From an uncultured Chloroflexia bacterium (lineage in GTDB: Bacteria > Chloroflexota > Anaerolineae > CG2-30-64-16): DNA of 64,000 nt. The translations under genes were made by a program, and so were the position numbers. The notes under the pieces are model-generated. The model worked only from the letters and a program-made list of their open reading frames with translations, did no database searches and was not told where the DNA came from. Positions 1 to 13,080 of this stretch are shown one piece after another (within the stretch, counting starts at the first letter, position 1; each line of letters opens with the position of its first letter). The stretch spans positions 1,184,001 through 1,248,000 of the forward strand of contig CAVZDU010000001.1 in the NCBI GenBank assembly GCA_963774265.1, in the 5' to 3' direction.

Positions 1-1376
1 ACGGTCTGACCGAAGACTACCGCATCGTCCTGCCCCAGTCGCGCATCCCCACGCACTGGTACAACATCCTGGCCGACATGCCGGTGCCGCATGCCCCGGT
101 GCTGCACCCCGGCACCCGCCAGCCCGTCGGCCCGGCCGACCTGTCGCGCCGCTCTTCCCGATGGAGCTGATCATGCAGGAGGTCAGCCGCGAACGCTACA
201 TCCCGATCCCGGACGAAGTGCGCGACATCTACCGGCTGTGGCGGCCCACGCCGCTGATCCGCGCCGTGCGGCTGGAGAAGGCGCTGGACACCCCGGCGCA
301 CATCTACTACAAGAACGAGAGCGTCAGCCCCAGCGGCAGCCACAAGCTGAACACCGCGGTGCCGCAGGCCTACTACAACAAGCAGGAAGGGATCCAGAGC
401 ATCGTCCACCGAGACCGGCGCCGGCCAGTGGGGCTGTGCGCTGGCCATCGCGGGCGACATGTTCAAGATGGCCATCGACAGTCTACATGGTGAAGATCAG
501 CTACCAGCAGAAGCCGTACCGCCGCTCGGTGATGCAGGCCTACGGCGCCACCGTCACCCCCAGCCCGTCGGACCGCACGGCAGCCGGCCGCACGATCCTG
601 GCGCGGAACCCGAACAGCACCGGCAGCCTGGGCATCGCCATCTCCGAGGCGGTGGAGGTTGCCGCCACGAGCGGCGGCAAGACGAAGTACTCGCTCGGCT
701 CTGTGCTGAACCACGTCCTGCTGCACCAGACCGTCATCGGCCAGGAGGCGCTGGACGGCATGGCCGAGATCGGCGAGTATCCCGGACGTGGTGATCGGCT
801 GCGTGGGCGGCGGCTCGAACTTCGGCGGGATCGCCTTCCCGTTCTTGCACAAGACGCTGACCGAAGGGGTGAAGACCAGGTTCCTGGCCATCGAGCCGGC
901 TTCCTGCCCCACGCTTGACCCGGGGCACGTACACCTACGACTTCGGCGACACCGTCGGGCTTGACCCCGCTGGTCAAGATGTACACCCTGGGCCACGACT
1001 TCGTGCCGGCATCGATCCACGCCGGCGGCCTGCGCTATCACGGTATGTCCCCGATCATCTCAGCGCTGGTGAACGCCGGCTACATCGAGCCGCGCGCCTA
1101 CGGGCAGAACCAATGCTTCGAGGCGGCGATCATGTTCGCCCGCAACGAGGGGATCATCCCCGCGCCGGAGACCAGCCACGCCATCCGCGCGGCGATCGAC
1201 GAGGCGCTGGCCGCCAAGGAGACGGGCGAGAAGAAGGTGATCCTGTTCAACCTGTCGGGCCACGGCCACTTCGACATGGCCGCCTACGACGCCTACCTGG
1301 CCGGCCAGCTGACCGACAACGGCTTCTCCGCAGAGGCGATGGCGAAGTCGCTGGCGCCGTGCCGCAAGTGCGTAAC
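1..1376 (+). CDS. trpB2: TrpB2 (tryptophan synthase beta-like PLP enzyme); frameshifted, start at or before the window edge
   Basis: Pieces across frames: [38 protein letters not shown] (PLP Lys), [39 protein letters not shown]. The end is approximate. Confidence 0.9.
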
Positions 1377-1398
1377 GGACGATGGACGATCGACTACC

Positions 1399-1436
1399 GA
1401 CGACAGGCCGACACTGACGGTCTGTCGTCCGTTTTT
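1399..1436 (+). terminator. Probable intrinsic terminator after trpB2
   Basis: GACGACAGGCCG-loop-CGGTCTGTCGTC stem followed by a T run. Confidence 0.6.
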
Positions 1437-1526
1437 GACATTCGGCGTCGTTTTCGCGGATAATAGCAGCAGGAAGTCATTCTCGGCGCCGCGCGGCGCC
1501 GAGTTCTTTGAAGAGGGGGGAATTCG

Positions 1527-1725
1527 ATGGCTCAAGCAACTAAGATGGGTGCGGACACCGCAACCTTGGAGAAACGCCGCAAGGCACTGACCGGCCACAA
1601 TGTGCACCAAGTGCGGGCAGGATGTCGCGTTCGGCGATCTGCTGATGGTGAAGGTGATGCAGATGGAAGAAGGCCGGCCGCGTTCGCACCAGGTGATTTA
1701 TCATCGCAAGTGCTACACGATCTAG
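1527..1725 (+). CDS. Small putative zinc-binding protein (about 65 aa, one frameshift)
   Basis: SD-like GAGGGGGG before the ATG. Correcting one frameshift near 1600 gives [64 protein letters not shown] (CxxC...HxxC), followed by a terminator. Confidence 0.6.
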
Positions 1726-1748
1726 GCTGTCCTGCCAGCTCACAAGAG

Positions 1749-1783
1749 ACGCGCTTCCTTGACAAGAGGAGCGCGTTTTTGTT
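1749..1783 (+). terminator. Intrinsic terminator between convergent genes
   Basis: ACGCGCTTCCT...AGGAGCGCGT stem followed by TTTTGTTT. Confidence 0.65.
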
Positions 1784-2541
1784 TACTGTTCTCGTGCCCT
1801 TTGGAACCCCATCAAGGTTGACGCGATCATCCAGAGGATGGACCCCACTACCACGTTCACGATGACGGTGAGCAGGAAAGCGAGGGTCAACACCCGGAGC
1901 GCGTCGAGGATGTTGGCGCGCAGGGCCACGTCAAAGAAGCTGAAAGCGCCTAACACCCACGCAATAAGCAGCACGCCGCTCACGTAGAGGCTGGCCAACA
2001 GCCACGGTTTCCGATCGGCCCGGCTGGGCATCATGGCATTGCTGACCGTGAAGATGACATAGAGCCACAGCCAGAAATCCGGTGTTTGCGGCATGGTGCG
2101 CACACTGCGAAGGAAGCCATTCCAGCCTTCAACATTCCACATGCGACCCAGTGTGCCGACGTCGAACACTGTATAGCTGACGAGAAGCAATACACTTGTT
2201 CCGGCCACGAACGGCGCCACGCCTACCAGGCTATCGCGGATCGTCCCGCCCGAATATACGCTGACCGAACCCAACTCGATCGAGTTGGAGTTTTTGCGTT
2301 TTCGAGGCCCAAGCCGGAAGTCGGTCACCTTGACGCCGAGCACCTTGGCCGTCACAAAATGGCTGAGCTCATGGAGGAGGATGCCGGGGAACATCAGCAG
2401 GTAGTAGCCAATCATCGTGATGTTTTCGTCGCCACTGAGCAGCCAGCCGATGGTCTGAACCTGGCGCGTCACCCAGCGGCCCAGTTGGATCAGCACAACC
2501 AGGGTAACGGAGAAGACTATTGATTGGGAGAGCAGGGACAT
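1783..2541 (-). CDS. Membrane protein with HExxH motif (M50-like putative intramembrane metalloprotease)
   Basis: Several hydrophobic segments, PGILLHELSH, VGVAPF and late NAMMPSRAD motif. Confidence 0.65.
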   Translation of the reverse strand: MSLLSQSIVFSVTLVVLIQLGRWVTRQVQTIGWLLSGDENITMIGYYLLMFPGILLHELSHFVTAKVLGVKVTDFRLGPRKRKNSNSIELGSVSVYSGGTIRDSLVGVAPFVAGTSVLLLVSYTVFDVGTLGRMWNVEGWNGFLRSVRTMPQTPDFWLWLYVIFTVSNAMMPSRADRKPWLLASLYVSGVLLIAWVLGAFSFFDVALRANILDALRVLTLAFLLTVIVNVVVGSILWMIASTLMGFQRAREQ

Positions 2542-2567
2542 GCAGGCTTGAGCTTTCCGAGGGAATC

Positions 2568-2597
2568 GTAGGGGCGCGCTGCGCAGCCCACCCCTAC
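2568..2597. repeat. GTAG-type REP-like palindrome
   Basis: GTAGGGGCGCGCTGCGCAGCCCACCCCTAC; same GTAGGGG...CCCCTAC frame as copies at 44408 and 49618. Confidence 0.6.
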
Positions 2598-2605
2598 CTG
2601 TGTGA

Positions 2606-3367
2606 CTACTGCTTGCTGGTGATCCGCACCATCTCAGAGAATCCGTCGAGCTTGAGGCTGGCGCCACCGATGAGGGCGCCGTCGATGTCTGGCATGCTCA
2701 TCAACTCGCCGATGTTCTTCTCGTTGGCACTGCCGCCATATTGAATCCGGATGCTTTGCGCGACCGCTTCGCCGTACAGTTCGGCCAGCGCACCGCGCAC
2801 CACAATGCCGCACACTCGGTTGGCCACGGCTGATGTCGCCGTCTTGCCAGTGCCGATAGCCCAGATCGGTTCGTAGGCCACGACAGTTTTCTGCGCCTCC
2901 TCTGCGGTGATGCCCGAAAACGCAGCACGAACCTGGCCACTGACGAACTCATCGGTTTCTCCGCGCTCGTTCTGCGCCAGGTTCTCACCCACGCAGACAA
3001 TGGGGATCAGGCCATGCACCAGTGCGGCCTTGATCTTCTTGTTCACGCTTTCGTCGGTCTCAGCGAAGTATTCGCGGCGCTCTGAGTGGCCGATGATCAC
3101 GTACTCAGCCAATCCTTTGAGCATCGATGCTGAAACCTCGCCCGTGTACGCACCGCTATCAGCCCAATGCAGGTTCTGTGCGCCGACGCCGATCCTCACG
3201 CCAGCCAGCGCATCGGCCACGCCGGGCAAGGCTACGAAGGGCACGCACACAACAACTTCAACGTTCTCGTACTTGGTGATCAGCGGGCGCAGCGCCCGCA
3301 CGAACTCGACGGCCTCGGCTGGCGTCTTGTTCATCTTCCAGTTGCCGGCCAGAATGGATTTTCGCAT
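2606..3367 (-). CDS. tpiA: Triosephosphate isomerase
   Basis: [37 protein letters not shown]. Confidence 0.98.
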   Translation of the reverse strand: MRKSILAGNWKMNKTPAEAVEFVRALRPLITKYENVEVVVCVPFVALPGVADALAGVRIGVGAQNLHWADSGAYTGEVSASMLKGLAEYVIIGHSERREYFAETDESVNKKIKAALVHGLIPIVCVGENLAQNERGETDEFVSGQVRAAFSGITAEEAQKTVVAYEPIWAIGTGKTATSAVANRVCGIVVRGALAELYGEAVAQSIRIQYGGSANEKNIGELMSMPDIDGALIGGASLKLDGFSEMVRITSKQ

Positions 3368-3400
3368 GGATCACTCCTCGATTATGTGGTGGTTCAGACC

Positions 3401-3796
3401 CTACTCGCCGCGTTCCGCCCTCAGGCGCGCCTGTTCTGCCTGCCATTGAGCGAGCAAGACCGGATATTCCTCCGACGTGATGAGCTTGCCTCCGGCCGCG
3501 TCGCTATCCAGCACCGCCTTCTTTGCCTTATCGAAATGCAGCGTGACTTCCACTGTCTGGAAGCAGTAGTACTTTCCGCTCCCCGTCAGCCCCTTACGAA
3601 CGAGCCACGTCCCGTCATCCTCTTGGCTAGCATCGTTGCGCAGGTCGATGCGTGTGCGCAGCGGCTCACCACACCGACGGCATTGAGCGTAGGTCCAATA
3701 GATCCAGTCTTCATCTCCGAAACCGCTGCGGCCACCGCCACTGGACGCGGTTGATTTGCCGCTCAACACCTTCTTCAGACTGTCCAGAAAGCCCAT
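3401..3796 (-). CDS. Hypothetical protein with CxxC motif
   Basis: SD GAGGAG before MGFLDSLKK; CRRCGE and YYC; lies co-directionally between pgk and tpiA. Confidence 0.7.
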   Translation of the reverse strand: MGFLDSLKKVLSGKSTASSGGGRSGFGDEDWIYWTYAQCRRCGEPLRTRIDLRNDASQEDDGTWLVRKGLTGSGKYYCFQTVEVTLHFDKAKKAVLDSDAAGGKLITSEEYPVLLAQWQAEQARLRAERGE

Positions 3797-3917
3797 GCTC
3801 TGCTCCTCTCGTGTACGCGCACCCGAAGCGCGGCGGCGTGGCACAGTTATGAAATGCCCGCTGGGATGATGGTCCGCAGCGGGCAGTGTATCACAAGACG
3901 GCGGGGCGGCCGCGGAC

Positions 3918-5098
3918 CTACTTGTCGTTCAGCGCGGCCACGCCCGGCAGCTCCTTGCCTTCGAGGAACTCCAGAGATCGCGCCGCCGCCGGTGGAGACG
4001 TGCGTCATCTTCTTGGCGACGCCTGCCTTCTTGACCGCGCTGGCGCTGTCACCGCCGCCGATGACGGTGGTGGCGCCGATCTCTGCCAGCAGCCTGGCGA
4101 TGGCGAAGGTGCCCTCGGCGAACTTCGGCATCTCGAACACACCCATCGGGCCGTTCCAGACGACCAGTTTGGCGGTCTTGAGCATATCGCCGAACAGCTG
4201 CGATGCTCTTCGGGACCGATGTCCATGATGCGCCAGCCCGCGGGCACCTTGTCGACATCGACGACCTGGCTGTTGGCCTCGGCGTCGAACTTGTCGGCCA
4301 CGACCGCATCCACCGGCAGCAGCAGCTTGTCGCCGGCCTTGGCCATGATGGCCTTGGCGGTTTCGACGGAGCTGGCCTCCACCAGGCTGTCGGCCATGTC
4401 GTAGCCTTTGGCCTGCCAGGAAGGTGTTCGCCATGCCGCCGCCGATGATCAGCGTGTCGCACTTGGCCAGCAGGTTCTCGACGACCAGGATCTTGTCGCT
4501 GATCTTGGCGCCGCCCAGGATGGCGACGTACGGTCGGGCCGGGTTGTCGGTGGCCCGGCCCAGGTACTCCAGCTCTTGCTCCATCAGGAAGCCGGAGACC
4601 GCGGGCAGGAAGCGCGCCACACCTTCGGTGGAGGCATGCGCACGGTGCGCCGAGCCGAACGCGTCGTTGACGTAGACATCGCCCAGCCCGCCATCTGCTT
4701 GGCCAAGTGCGAGATCGTTCTTTTCCTCGCCTTGTGGAAGCGCGTGTTTTCCAGCATCAGCACGTCGCCGGGCTTCAGCGCCTCAGCCATCGTCTCGACC
4801 TCGGGGCCGACGCAATCGGGCGCCATCTGCACCGGCTTGCCCAGCAGCTTGCCCAGCGCCTCGGCCGCGGCCTTCAGGCTGAACTCGGGATCGAACCCGG
4901 TGCCCTTGGGCCGACCCAGGTGGCTCATCAGGATCAGCGACGCGCCCTGCTCCAGAACGTATTGGATGGTAGGCAGCGCCGCGCGGATACGCTTGTCGTC
5001 GGTCACGACGCCTGCTCAGCCATCGGCACATTGAAATCGACGCGCATGAGCACGCGTTTGCCCTTCAGATCGATGTCGCGAACGGTTTTCTTGTTCAT
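3918..5098 (-). CDS. pgk: Phosphoglycerate kinase (frameshifted)
   Basis: [64 protein letters not shown] across frames. Confidence 0.95.
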
Positions 5099-5160
5099 GG
5101 ATCCTCGACGAGACAAAGACGTCAGGAGACGATGGTCACTGTCCATGTCCATCGTCGTAG

Positions 5161-6217
5161 TTACAGCTTGCCCGCCATCATGGCGGCGAGGTCCGCCGTG
5201 CGGACGCTGTAGCCCCATTCGTTGTCGTACCAGGTGACGACCTTGATGAAGTCGTTCTTTTCCTTGCCGAGCACCATGGTGAACGGCAGGTCAACCGACG
5301 AGCTGTGGGGATCGCCCTTGTAGTCGATGGAGACCAACGGCTCATCCACTGCGGCCAGGATGCCCTTCATGGGGCCGGCAGCCGCGTCGCGGAAGGCCTG
5401 GCGCAGCTCCTCGGTGGTGGTCGGCTTTTCGATCTGGGCGGTGAAGTCTACAACCGAGACGGTCGAGGTCGGCACACGCAGCGCATAACCGTCGAACTTG
5501 CCCTTCAGGTCGGGGATGACCAACGCGACGGCCTTGGCGGCGCCGGTGGTCGTCGGGATGATGCTCATGGCGGCGGCGCGTGCCCGGCGCAGATCGCTGT
5601 GGGGCATGTCCAGGATTTTCTGGTCGTTGGTATACGCGTGGATCGTGGTCATCAAGCCGCGCATGATGCTTGAAGTTGTCGTTGACGACCTTGGCTGCGG
5701 GCGCCAGACAGTTGGTGGTGCAGGAGGCGTTGGAGACGACATTGTGATTTACGGGATCGTACTTGTCATCGTTCACACCCATGACGATGGTGATATCCTC
5801 ACCCTCGGAGGGGGCGGAAATGATGACTTTCTTGGCGCCGCCCTTGGTGATGTGGTTCTCGGCGCCCTGGACGGTCTTGCCTTTCTTATTGACGCCGTCT
5901 TTCTTGATCGTGAAGAGGCCGGTTGACTCGACCACGATTTCGACACCCATATCACCCCATGGGATTTTGCCGGGATCGGTCTCCTTGAATGTTCTGACGG
6001 GCTTGCCGTCGATCAGCAAGCCGTTCTTCCTGAACCTCACTGTACCGTCGAAGCGTCCGTAGTTGCAGTCGTACTTCAGCAGATGCGCCATGGTCTTCAG
6101 ATCGCCGATGTCGTTGAACGCCACGACCTCGAGTGCGTTGCCGTGGTAATCGCGAATCGCCTTGAGAACCTGTCGCCCGATGCGGCCGAAACCGTTGATA
6201 CCAACTCGAACTGCCAT
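5161..6217 (-). CDS. gap: Glyceraldehyde-3-phosphate dehydrogenase type I (one frameshift near 5670)
   Basis: [48 protein letters not shown]. Confidence 0.97.
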
Positions 6218-6275
6218 ACGTAGAACCTCCTTATGCGATGCCGCTCAGATTAAATCGGATTAGAATCGACCACGA

Positions 6276-6845
6276 TCAGTCGAACTCTCGCTGGTCAAAT
6301 TGTACTGCTGCCCGGTAGTTGCGATCCAGCCGCTCGTACAGGCGGCCATTCTCGATGGCCAGGGCGCTGAGGCTGGCGATGGCTTCGGCCAACTCGCGCT
6401 CCTCCTCGCTGAATATGTGGACCTCGTCGGTGTAAACACGCAGTACGCCGATGGACAGGTCTTGCACTCGCAGGGCTGCCACCAGCACCGACACAATGCC
6501 TTCCTCCCGTGCTTCACCAGGGTACTGGAAGCGAGGATCGCTGCGCGCATCCTCGATCATTACCGGTTGGCCGCTCTGTAACGCCAGCTGGTCAATCTTA
6601 CTATTCGCTACGAGCACCGGTCCCTTGGCCCGATAGCCGGCACTTAGACCGTGCGCCGCACCGAACATCAGGTGCTTGCCATCGGGCCCTAACAGGCGAA
6701 GCGAGCACGCCCTGGCCTCGAGTGCTTCTGTGGTAGAGACAACGATGGTTTGTAGGACCTGCATGATATCAAGCGAGGAGTTAACGGTACGCGCTACATG
6801 ATAAAGGGTTTGGAAGGGGCGTCCGGAAGGCCCTATTGTGATCAT
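6276..6845 (-). CDS. Stand-alone GAF domain protein
   Basis: VNSSLD..VLQTIV, DARSDPRF, SVLVAAL..IGVLRVY..FSEEE..LA...ALAIEN. Confidence 0.85.
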   Translation of the reverse strand: MITIGPSGRPFQTLYHVARTVNSSLDIMQVLQTIVVSTTEALEARACSLRLLGPDGKHLMFGAAHGLSAGYRAKGPVLVANSKIDQLALQSGQPVMIEDARSDPRFQYPGEAREEGIVSVLVAALRVQDLSIGVLRVYTDEVHIFSEEERELAEAIASLSALAIENGRLYERLDRNYRAAVQFDQREFD

Positions 6846-6859
6846 AGCAGCCGTTCCTC

Positions 6860-8149
6860 CTAATCGCCGATCAGCGCCATGAGCGCTTGGGCAAGTTTGA
6901 TGGGATCGTGACGCCAGGGATACTGCCTATCGACCAGATCGGCCAGGATCAGACGGTATTCACCTGGCTCACCCTCCGGCGGGTGCACCCACTCCGCACC
7001 GCCACCCAACGACCTGTCGGTCATCACATTCCCATTCGCAAGCACGATAGAGAAAACGTCGCGACCGACATGGCTTGTCAGAGCTTCAACGTGGTCGGTG
7101 ACATTGTACCCAGTCGTTTCGCCTGCCTGGGTGGCGACGTTGCACACGTAAACTTTGAGCGCTGATGCGGACTGAAGCGCCGCGCGAAGATCCTGCACCA
7201 ACAGGTTCGGGAGCACGCTGGTATACAGGCTGCCTGGCCCAATCACAATCAAGTCCGCATCCAGGATCGCCCGGATTGCCTTCGGATATGCCGGCGCATC
7301 TCCGGGTTGCAGATAAACTCGCTGGATGCGACCGTTGGCGTGACCGATGTTGGACTCGCCATGCACCTGCGTTACCCGTGACCCACCGTTCGCCTGGATC
7401 AACTCGGGAGACAACACCTCAGCCGTCAATGTTAACTGCGTCAAGGTGGAAGGCATGACCCGTCCCCGCACGGCCAGCACCCGGCTAGACTCTTCCAAGG
7501 CTGCCTCGAAGCTGCCGGTGATCGCTGTCATAGCGGTCAGATACAGGTTGCCGAAGCTGTGGCCGTCGAGATCGGTGTTTTCTGCGAAACGGTACTGAAA
7601 AAGCTGAGAAACCAGCCCTTCGGCATCGGACAGTGCTGCCAGGCAATTGCGGAAGTCGCCCGGCGGCAACATCCCCAGCTCTCGACGCAGTCGACCGCTG
7701 GAACCTCCGTCGTCGGCGACGGTGACAATGGCTGTTATGTTGTCGGTCTGTTTTTTGAGACCACGCAGCAAGGTGTTCAGCCCGTGTCCGCCGCCGATGG
7801 CCACAACCTTGGGTCCACGCTGGCGCTGCCGATGGCGGTACACAACATCAACCACCTCGGCTTGATCGCTATGTCGGAACGCTGACAAAAGTGTGCGGTT
7901 CAGCTCAAAAACGGCGACCGCAACAACGACCAGCCCCACTCCCAGGAGGGTGACGACCTCAGCTATCGGGTTGACATGGGGGGTGTGGAGCCGCTGAAAG
8001 AAGCTCCAGACACCGGAGATGCGCGGTAGCCCGGTGACGGCCAGAACAAGGAGCATGAGACCGACAGCGAGCAGGGCCAACCAGCGCTTGACGCCCATCC
8101 CGGGGCGCAACCACTTCCACTGGCTGAATCGTCTCACCCACCGCCCCAT
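6860..8149 (-). CDS. yvcK: YvcK/UPF0052 gluconeogenesis factor with N-terminal transmembrane region
   Basis: GPKVVAIGGGHGL, TVADDGGSSGRLR, PPGDFRN, GHSFGNL, GPGSLYTSVLPNL, RHDP. Confidence 0.92.
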   Translation of the reverse strand: MGRWVRRFSQWKWLRPGMGVKRWLALLAVGLMLLVLAVTGLPRISGVWSFFQRLHTPHVNPIAEVVTLLGVGLVVVAVAVFELNRTLLSAFRHSDQAEVVDVVYRHRQRQRGPKVVAIGGGHGLNTLLRGLKKQTDNITAIVTVADDGGSSGRLRRELGMLPPGDFRNCLAALSDAEGLVSQLFQYRFAENTDLDGHSFGNLYLTAMTAITGSFEAALEESSRVLAVRGRVMPSTLTQLTLTAEVLSPELIQANGGSRVTQVHGESNIGHANGRIQRVYLQPGDAPAYPKAIRAILDADLIVIGPGSLYTSVLPNLLVQDLRAALQSASALKVYVCNVATQAGETTGYNVTDHVEALTSHVGRDVFSIVLANGNVMTDRSLGGGAEWVHPPEGEPGEYRLILADLVDRQYPWRHDPIKLAQALMALIGD

Positions 8150-8326
8150 CGCCACCTCGTGCACAATCTGTAACAGTATAGTCGAGAGAGACGCGAAAGT
8201 CAAAGCTACAACGCTTATTTCTTCGTGCAATTTGACACGAACGGGCCTTAAGAGTAGCAGGTGAGCGTTTGATTTGCGGCAGGATACGCATGGGTGCGGG
8301 CCGCCGCGACATTAGAAAGGAGAAAA

Positions 8327-8695
8327 ATGAAGCAGCAAATTGCAGTCAAGCCGCGTGATGGTTTCACAACCAGCCTCGGCGTCATCGCAGCCACGCTTGG
8401 TTCGGCGATTGGATTGGGCAACATCTGGAAGTTCCCATCCCTTACGGGTACAAATGGCGGTGCAGCGTTCCTGGTCTTGTATCTCGCGTGCACCCTGCTT
8501 GTGGGCTTGCCCGTCATGATCTCTGGGTTGGCCCTTGGGCGATGGGCGCGCAGCGAGGCAGTGGCTACGTTGTCCAACGATGGAATGCTGCACAACCGGC
8601 GGATGGTGCGGCTGACCCTGGGGGTAGTGAAGTTCGTGACGCCTGTGCTCGTGTTTGTGGTGTTGTTGAGCGGCTTGGGGGTAATCAAGCTGTAG
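8327..8695 (+). pseudogene. Internally deleted sodium-dependent (NSS/SNF family) transporter
   Basis: N-terminal NSS signature GSAIGLGNIWKFP..GTNGGAAFL..Y joined in frame to a C-terminal-type segment LSNDG...KFVTPVLV; only about 122 aa versus about 450 expected. Confidence 0.75.
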
Positions 8696-8771
8696 TCAGA
8701 TGTGGGGCCTGGCCACCTGGTCTGGCCCCGCATCTCTGCTCCCGATTATCGCACGATATTATCGCACTACA

Positions 8772-9110
8772 CTATCGCACGATCGCCGAAATAATCCACG
8801 TCAAGATGCTGAGCACGATTGCCGCAATCAAGGCGCCAAGGAAGCCGTTTACATGCACGCCCTTCACCAGTGCTCCCATGAGCATGATCATCAATGCATT
8901 TAGGACCAGCAAGAACAAGCCCAACGTGAGGATCGTGATGGGCAGCGACAGAAACACAAGGATCGGACGCACGAACGCGTTAAGCAGGCCCAACACCAGC
9001 GCCGCAATCAGCGTGGTGGTAAGGTCGGGGATCTGCAGGCCTAGATTCAGCCGCGAAACGATGAAGAGGCCGGCTGCCGTGATCAGAACAGTAACGATGA
9101 AATTGGTCAT
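8772..9110 (-). CDS. YvlD/DUF360 4-TM membrane protein (often annotated phage holin family)
   Basis: AALVLGLLNAFVRPIL..LSLPITILTLGLFLLVLNA signature. Confidence 0.85.
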   Translation of the reverse strand: MTNFIVTVLITAAGLFIVSRLNLGLQIPDLTTTLIAALVLGLLNAFVRPILVFLSLPITILTLGLFLLVLNALMIMLMGALVKGVHVNGFLGALIAAIVLSILTWIISAIVR

Positions 9111-9190
9111 ATTGCCCTCCCAACCATAGATTCATACACTAATACGCACGATACAGTAAGTAAGTTTCCCCCTGGTGCTATAATGTCTCC

Positions 9191-10130
9191 ATGAACGAGT
9201 ATGACGTTTGGGTGTCTCGATATATCCCGCGCATGGACGGCAAAACCATCCTCATCACGGGCGCGAACAGCGGCCTGGGCTTTGAGACTGCGAAGCTGCT
9301 GGCGACTCGGGGCGCACGCCTGATACTGGCGACCCGCAACCGCGATAAGGGCGAGGCGGCCATCGCTCGGATCTGCGAGGTGGCGCCGGACTTACAGTGC
9401 GAGCTTCTGCTTCTGGATCTGGCCGATTTGGTCTCCATCGGCCGCTTTGCGGAGAATGTGCGTGAAGCACACTCCCGATTGCATGGGCTGATCAATAGCG
9501 CGGGTGTGATGGCCATCCCTCAGCGCAACACTGTCGATGGTTTTGAGATGCAGTTCGGGACAAACCACCTCGGCCACTTTGCGCTCACCGGCCTGCTGTT
9601 GCCCCTCCTGCTGCACACACCCGGCGCGGCGGGTGGTCACCGTGTCCAGCGCGATCCACATGATCGGCCGGATCAACTTCGATGACTTGCAGAGCGTGAA
9701 CAAGTACAGTGATTGGCGCGCCTATGCACAGAGTAAGCTCGCCAACTTACTGTTCGCCTACGAATTGCAGCATCGTTTTGCAAACAACTCTGTAGATGCC
9801 ATGAGCCTGGCTGTCCAGCCCGGCTATGCCTCAACCAACCTGCAGAGTGTGAGCCCGGCCATGACCGAATCGAGGTGGCGACAGGCGATGATGCAATTGT
9901 CCAACCGTATCATCGCCCAGAGCGCAGCCATGGGCGCGCTTCCCGCCGTCTATGCCGCGACATCTCCACACGCGCACGGCGGGGATTACATCGGGCCGGA
10001 CGGTTTTCTGGGTCAGCACGGATTCCCGAAGAAGACTCGATCCAGCGCCGTCGCTCATGATGTAGAAAGTGCCAGGAAGCTGTGGCAGATATCGGAAGAA
10101 CTGACCGGCGTGCAGTATGCCTTCAAGTAA
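9191..10130 (+). CDS. Short-chain dehydrogenase/reductase, retinol-dehydrogenase-like (frameshift near 9628)
   Basis: ITGANSGLG, INSAGVM, DGFEMQFGTNHLGHF, YAQSKLAN, ARKLWQISEELTG. Confidence 0.9.
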
Positions 10131-10142
10131 GAATGGAGGGGC

Positions 10143-10197
10143 GCCACAGAGGACACCGAGTGCCTCGAAGGCTTGTTACCCCGGTGGTCTCTGTGGC
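10143..10197. repeat. GCCACAGAG...CTCTGTGGC palindromic repeat between convergent genes
   Basis: GCCACAGAGGACACCG ... CGGTGGTCTCTGTGGC; related copies at 20056, 62248, 63612. Confidence 0.65.
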
Positions 10198-10223
10198 ACC
10201 TGGCTCTCAGTTCCGCAACTCTC

Positions 10224-12137
<1,914 letters not shown>

Positions 12138-12254
12138 GGCTTTCCCTCCGCAAACGTAGCAAGTGGCTTCATACAAGTATAAATCGAATTATACATAAAT
12201 TGGTTACAAGATGCAATGCCGTACTCTTGCTAGCTTCAATATGACACGGGCTGG

Positions 12255-12301
12255 TTGACGCTTGAGAAAATGAGGCTATAATTCGTACAAATAGTAACGA
12301 A
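12255..12301 (+). promoter_or_regulatory. Sigma70-type promoter of rex with an adjacent candidate Rex operator
   Basis: TTGACG-16 bp-TATAAT (12255-12282), then the imperfect palindrome TTCGTACAAATAGTAACGAA (12282-12301) resembling TTGTGAA-n4-TTCACAA. Confidence 0.6.
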
Positions 12302-12344
12302 CTTACCCCGGTCCGTTCGACGTCCGTGGGCGAGGAGCACATCT

Positions 12345-13028
12345 ATGACCGATATCCGCTCTGTCGGCATCCCGGCACCCAGCCTCCGTCGTTTGCCGTT
12401 GTACTACCGGCATCTGAGGCAGTCCCTCGACAAGGGCCGCGGCAGCGTGTCATCCAAGGAGCTTGGCGACGCGGCTGATGTGCCTGATGCGCAGGTCCGC
12501 AAGGATTTGGGCTATCTGGCATATGAGGGTCGGCCCGGTGTAGGATATGATGCCAGGCTGCTGGCAGCGTGCCTGGAAGAGTTCCTGGGGCTGGTCAATG
12601 ACAAGGAGGCTGTTCTCGTCGGTCTTGGCAATCTGGGACATGCGCTGGTTAACTATCCGGGATTTGAGCGGTACGGTTTACATATTATCGCGGTCTTCGA
12701 CGGCGACCCGGGGAAGTTGGGCCGGCTGCCTGACGGCCGGCAGGTGTTCGCGGTGGGAAGGCTGTCCGACCTGGTGCGCCGGCTCCAGGTGCGCATCGGC
12801 ATCATCACTGTGCCGGAGTCTGCCGCACAGGCCGTTGCCGACGCCCTAATTGCCGGTGGGGTGCAGGTGATCTGGAACTTCGCTTCATGCAAGCTGAATG
12901 TCCCTGCGGATGTGCTGGTGAAGAACGAAGACCTTGCCGCTGAACTGGCGACGCTGTCGCACTATATTACGCAGCGGAAACTCGGAATCGATGAGACGCC
13001 CGGGCGCCAAGATGCCGGCATCGTCTAG
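12345..13028 (+). CDS. rex: Redox-sensing transcriptional repressor Rex
   Basis: RRLPLYYR, SSKELG, QVRKDL, GRPGVGY, VGLGNLGHAL, IWNFA. Confidence 0.95.
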   Translation: MTDIRSVGIPAPSLRRLPLYYRHLRQSLDKGRGSVSSKELGDAADVPDAQVRKDLGYLAYEGRPGVGYDARLLAACLEEFLGLVNDKEAVLVGLGNLGHALVNYPGFERYGLHIIAVFDGDPGKLGRLPDGRQVFAVGRLSDLVRRLQVRIGIITVPESAAQAVADALIAGGVQVIWNFASCKLNVPADVLVKNEDLAAELATLSHYITQRKLGIDETPGRQDAGIV

Positions 13029-13080
13029 TTCCACAGGGTGCAACTGTCAATCCTAGGTCCCAAGTCGCTCTGGAGAGTGC

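Noticed and set aside
3918-6217. Pseudogenisation or programmed frameshifting of pgk and gap (likewise glp, liv, trpB2)
   Set aside because: All motifs are intact across frames and no slippery sites are evident; sequencing error is more likely.
8772-9110. Holin as evidence of a prophage
   Set aside because: The YvlD/DUF360 family is commonly chromosomal and no other phage genes are nearby.
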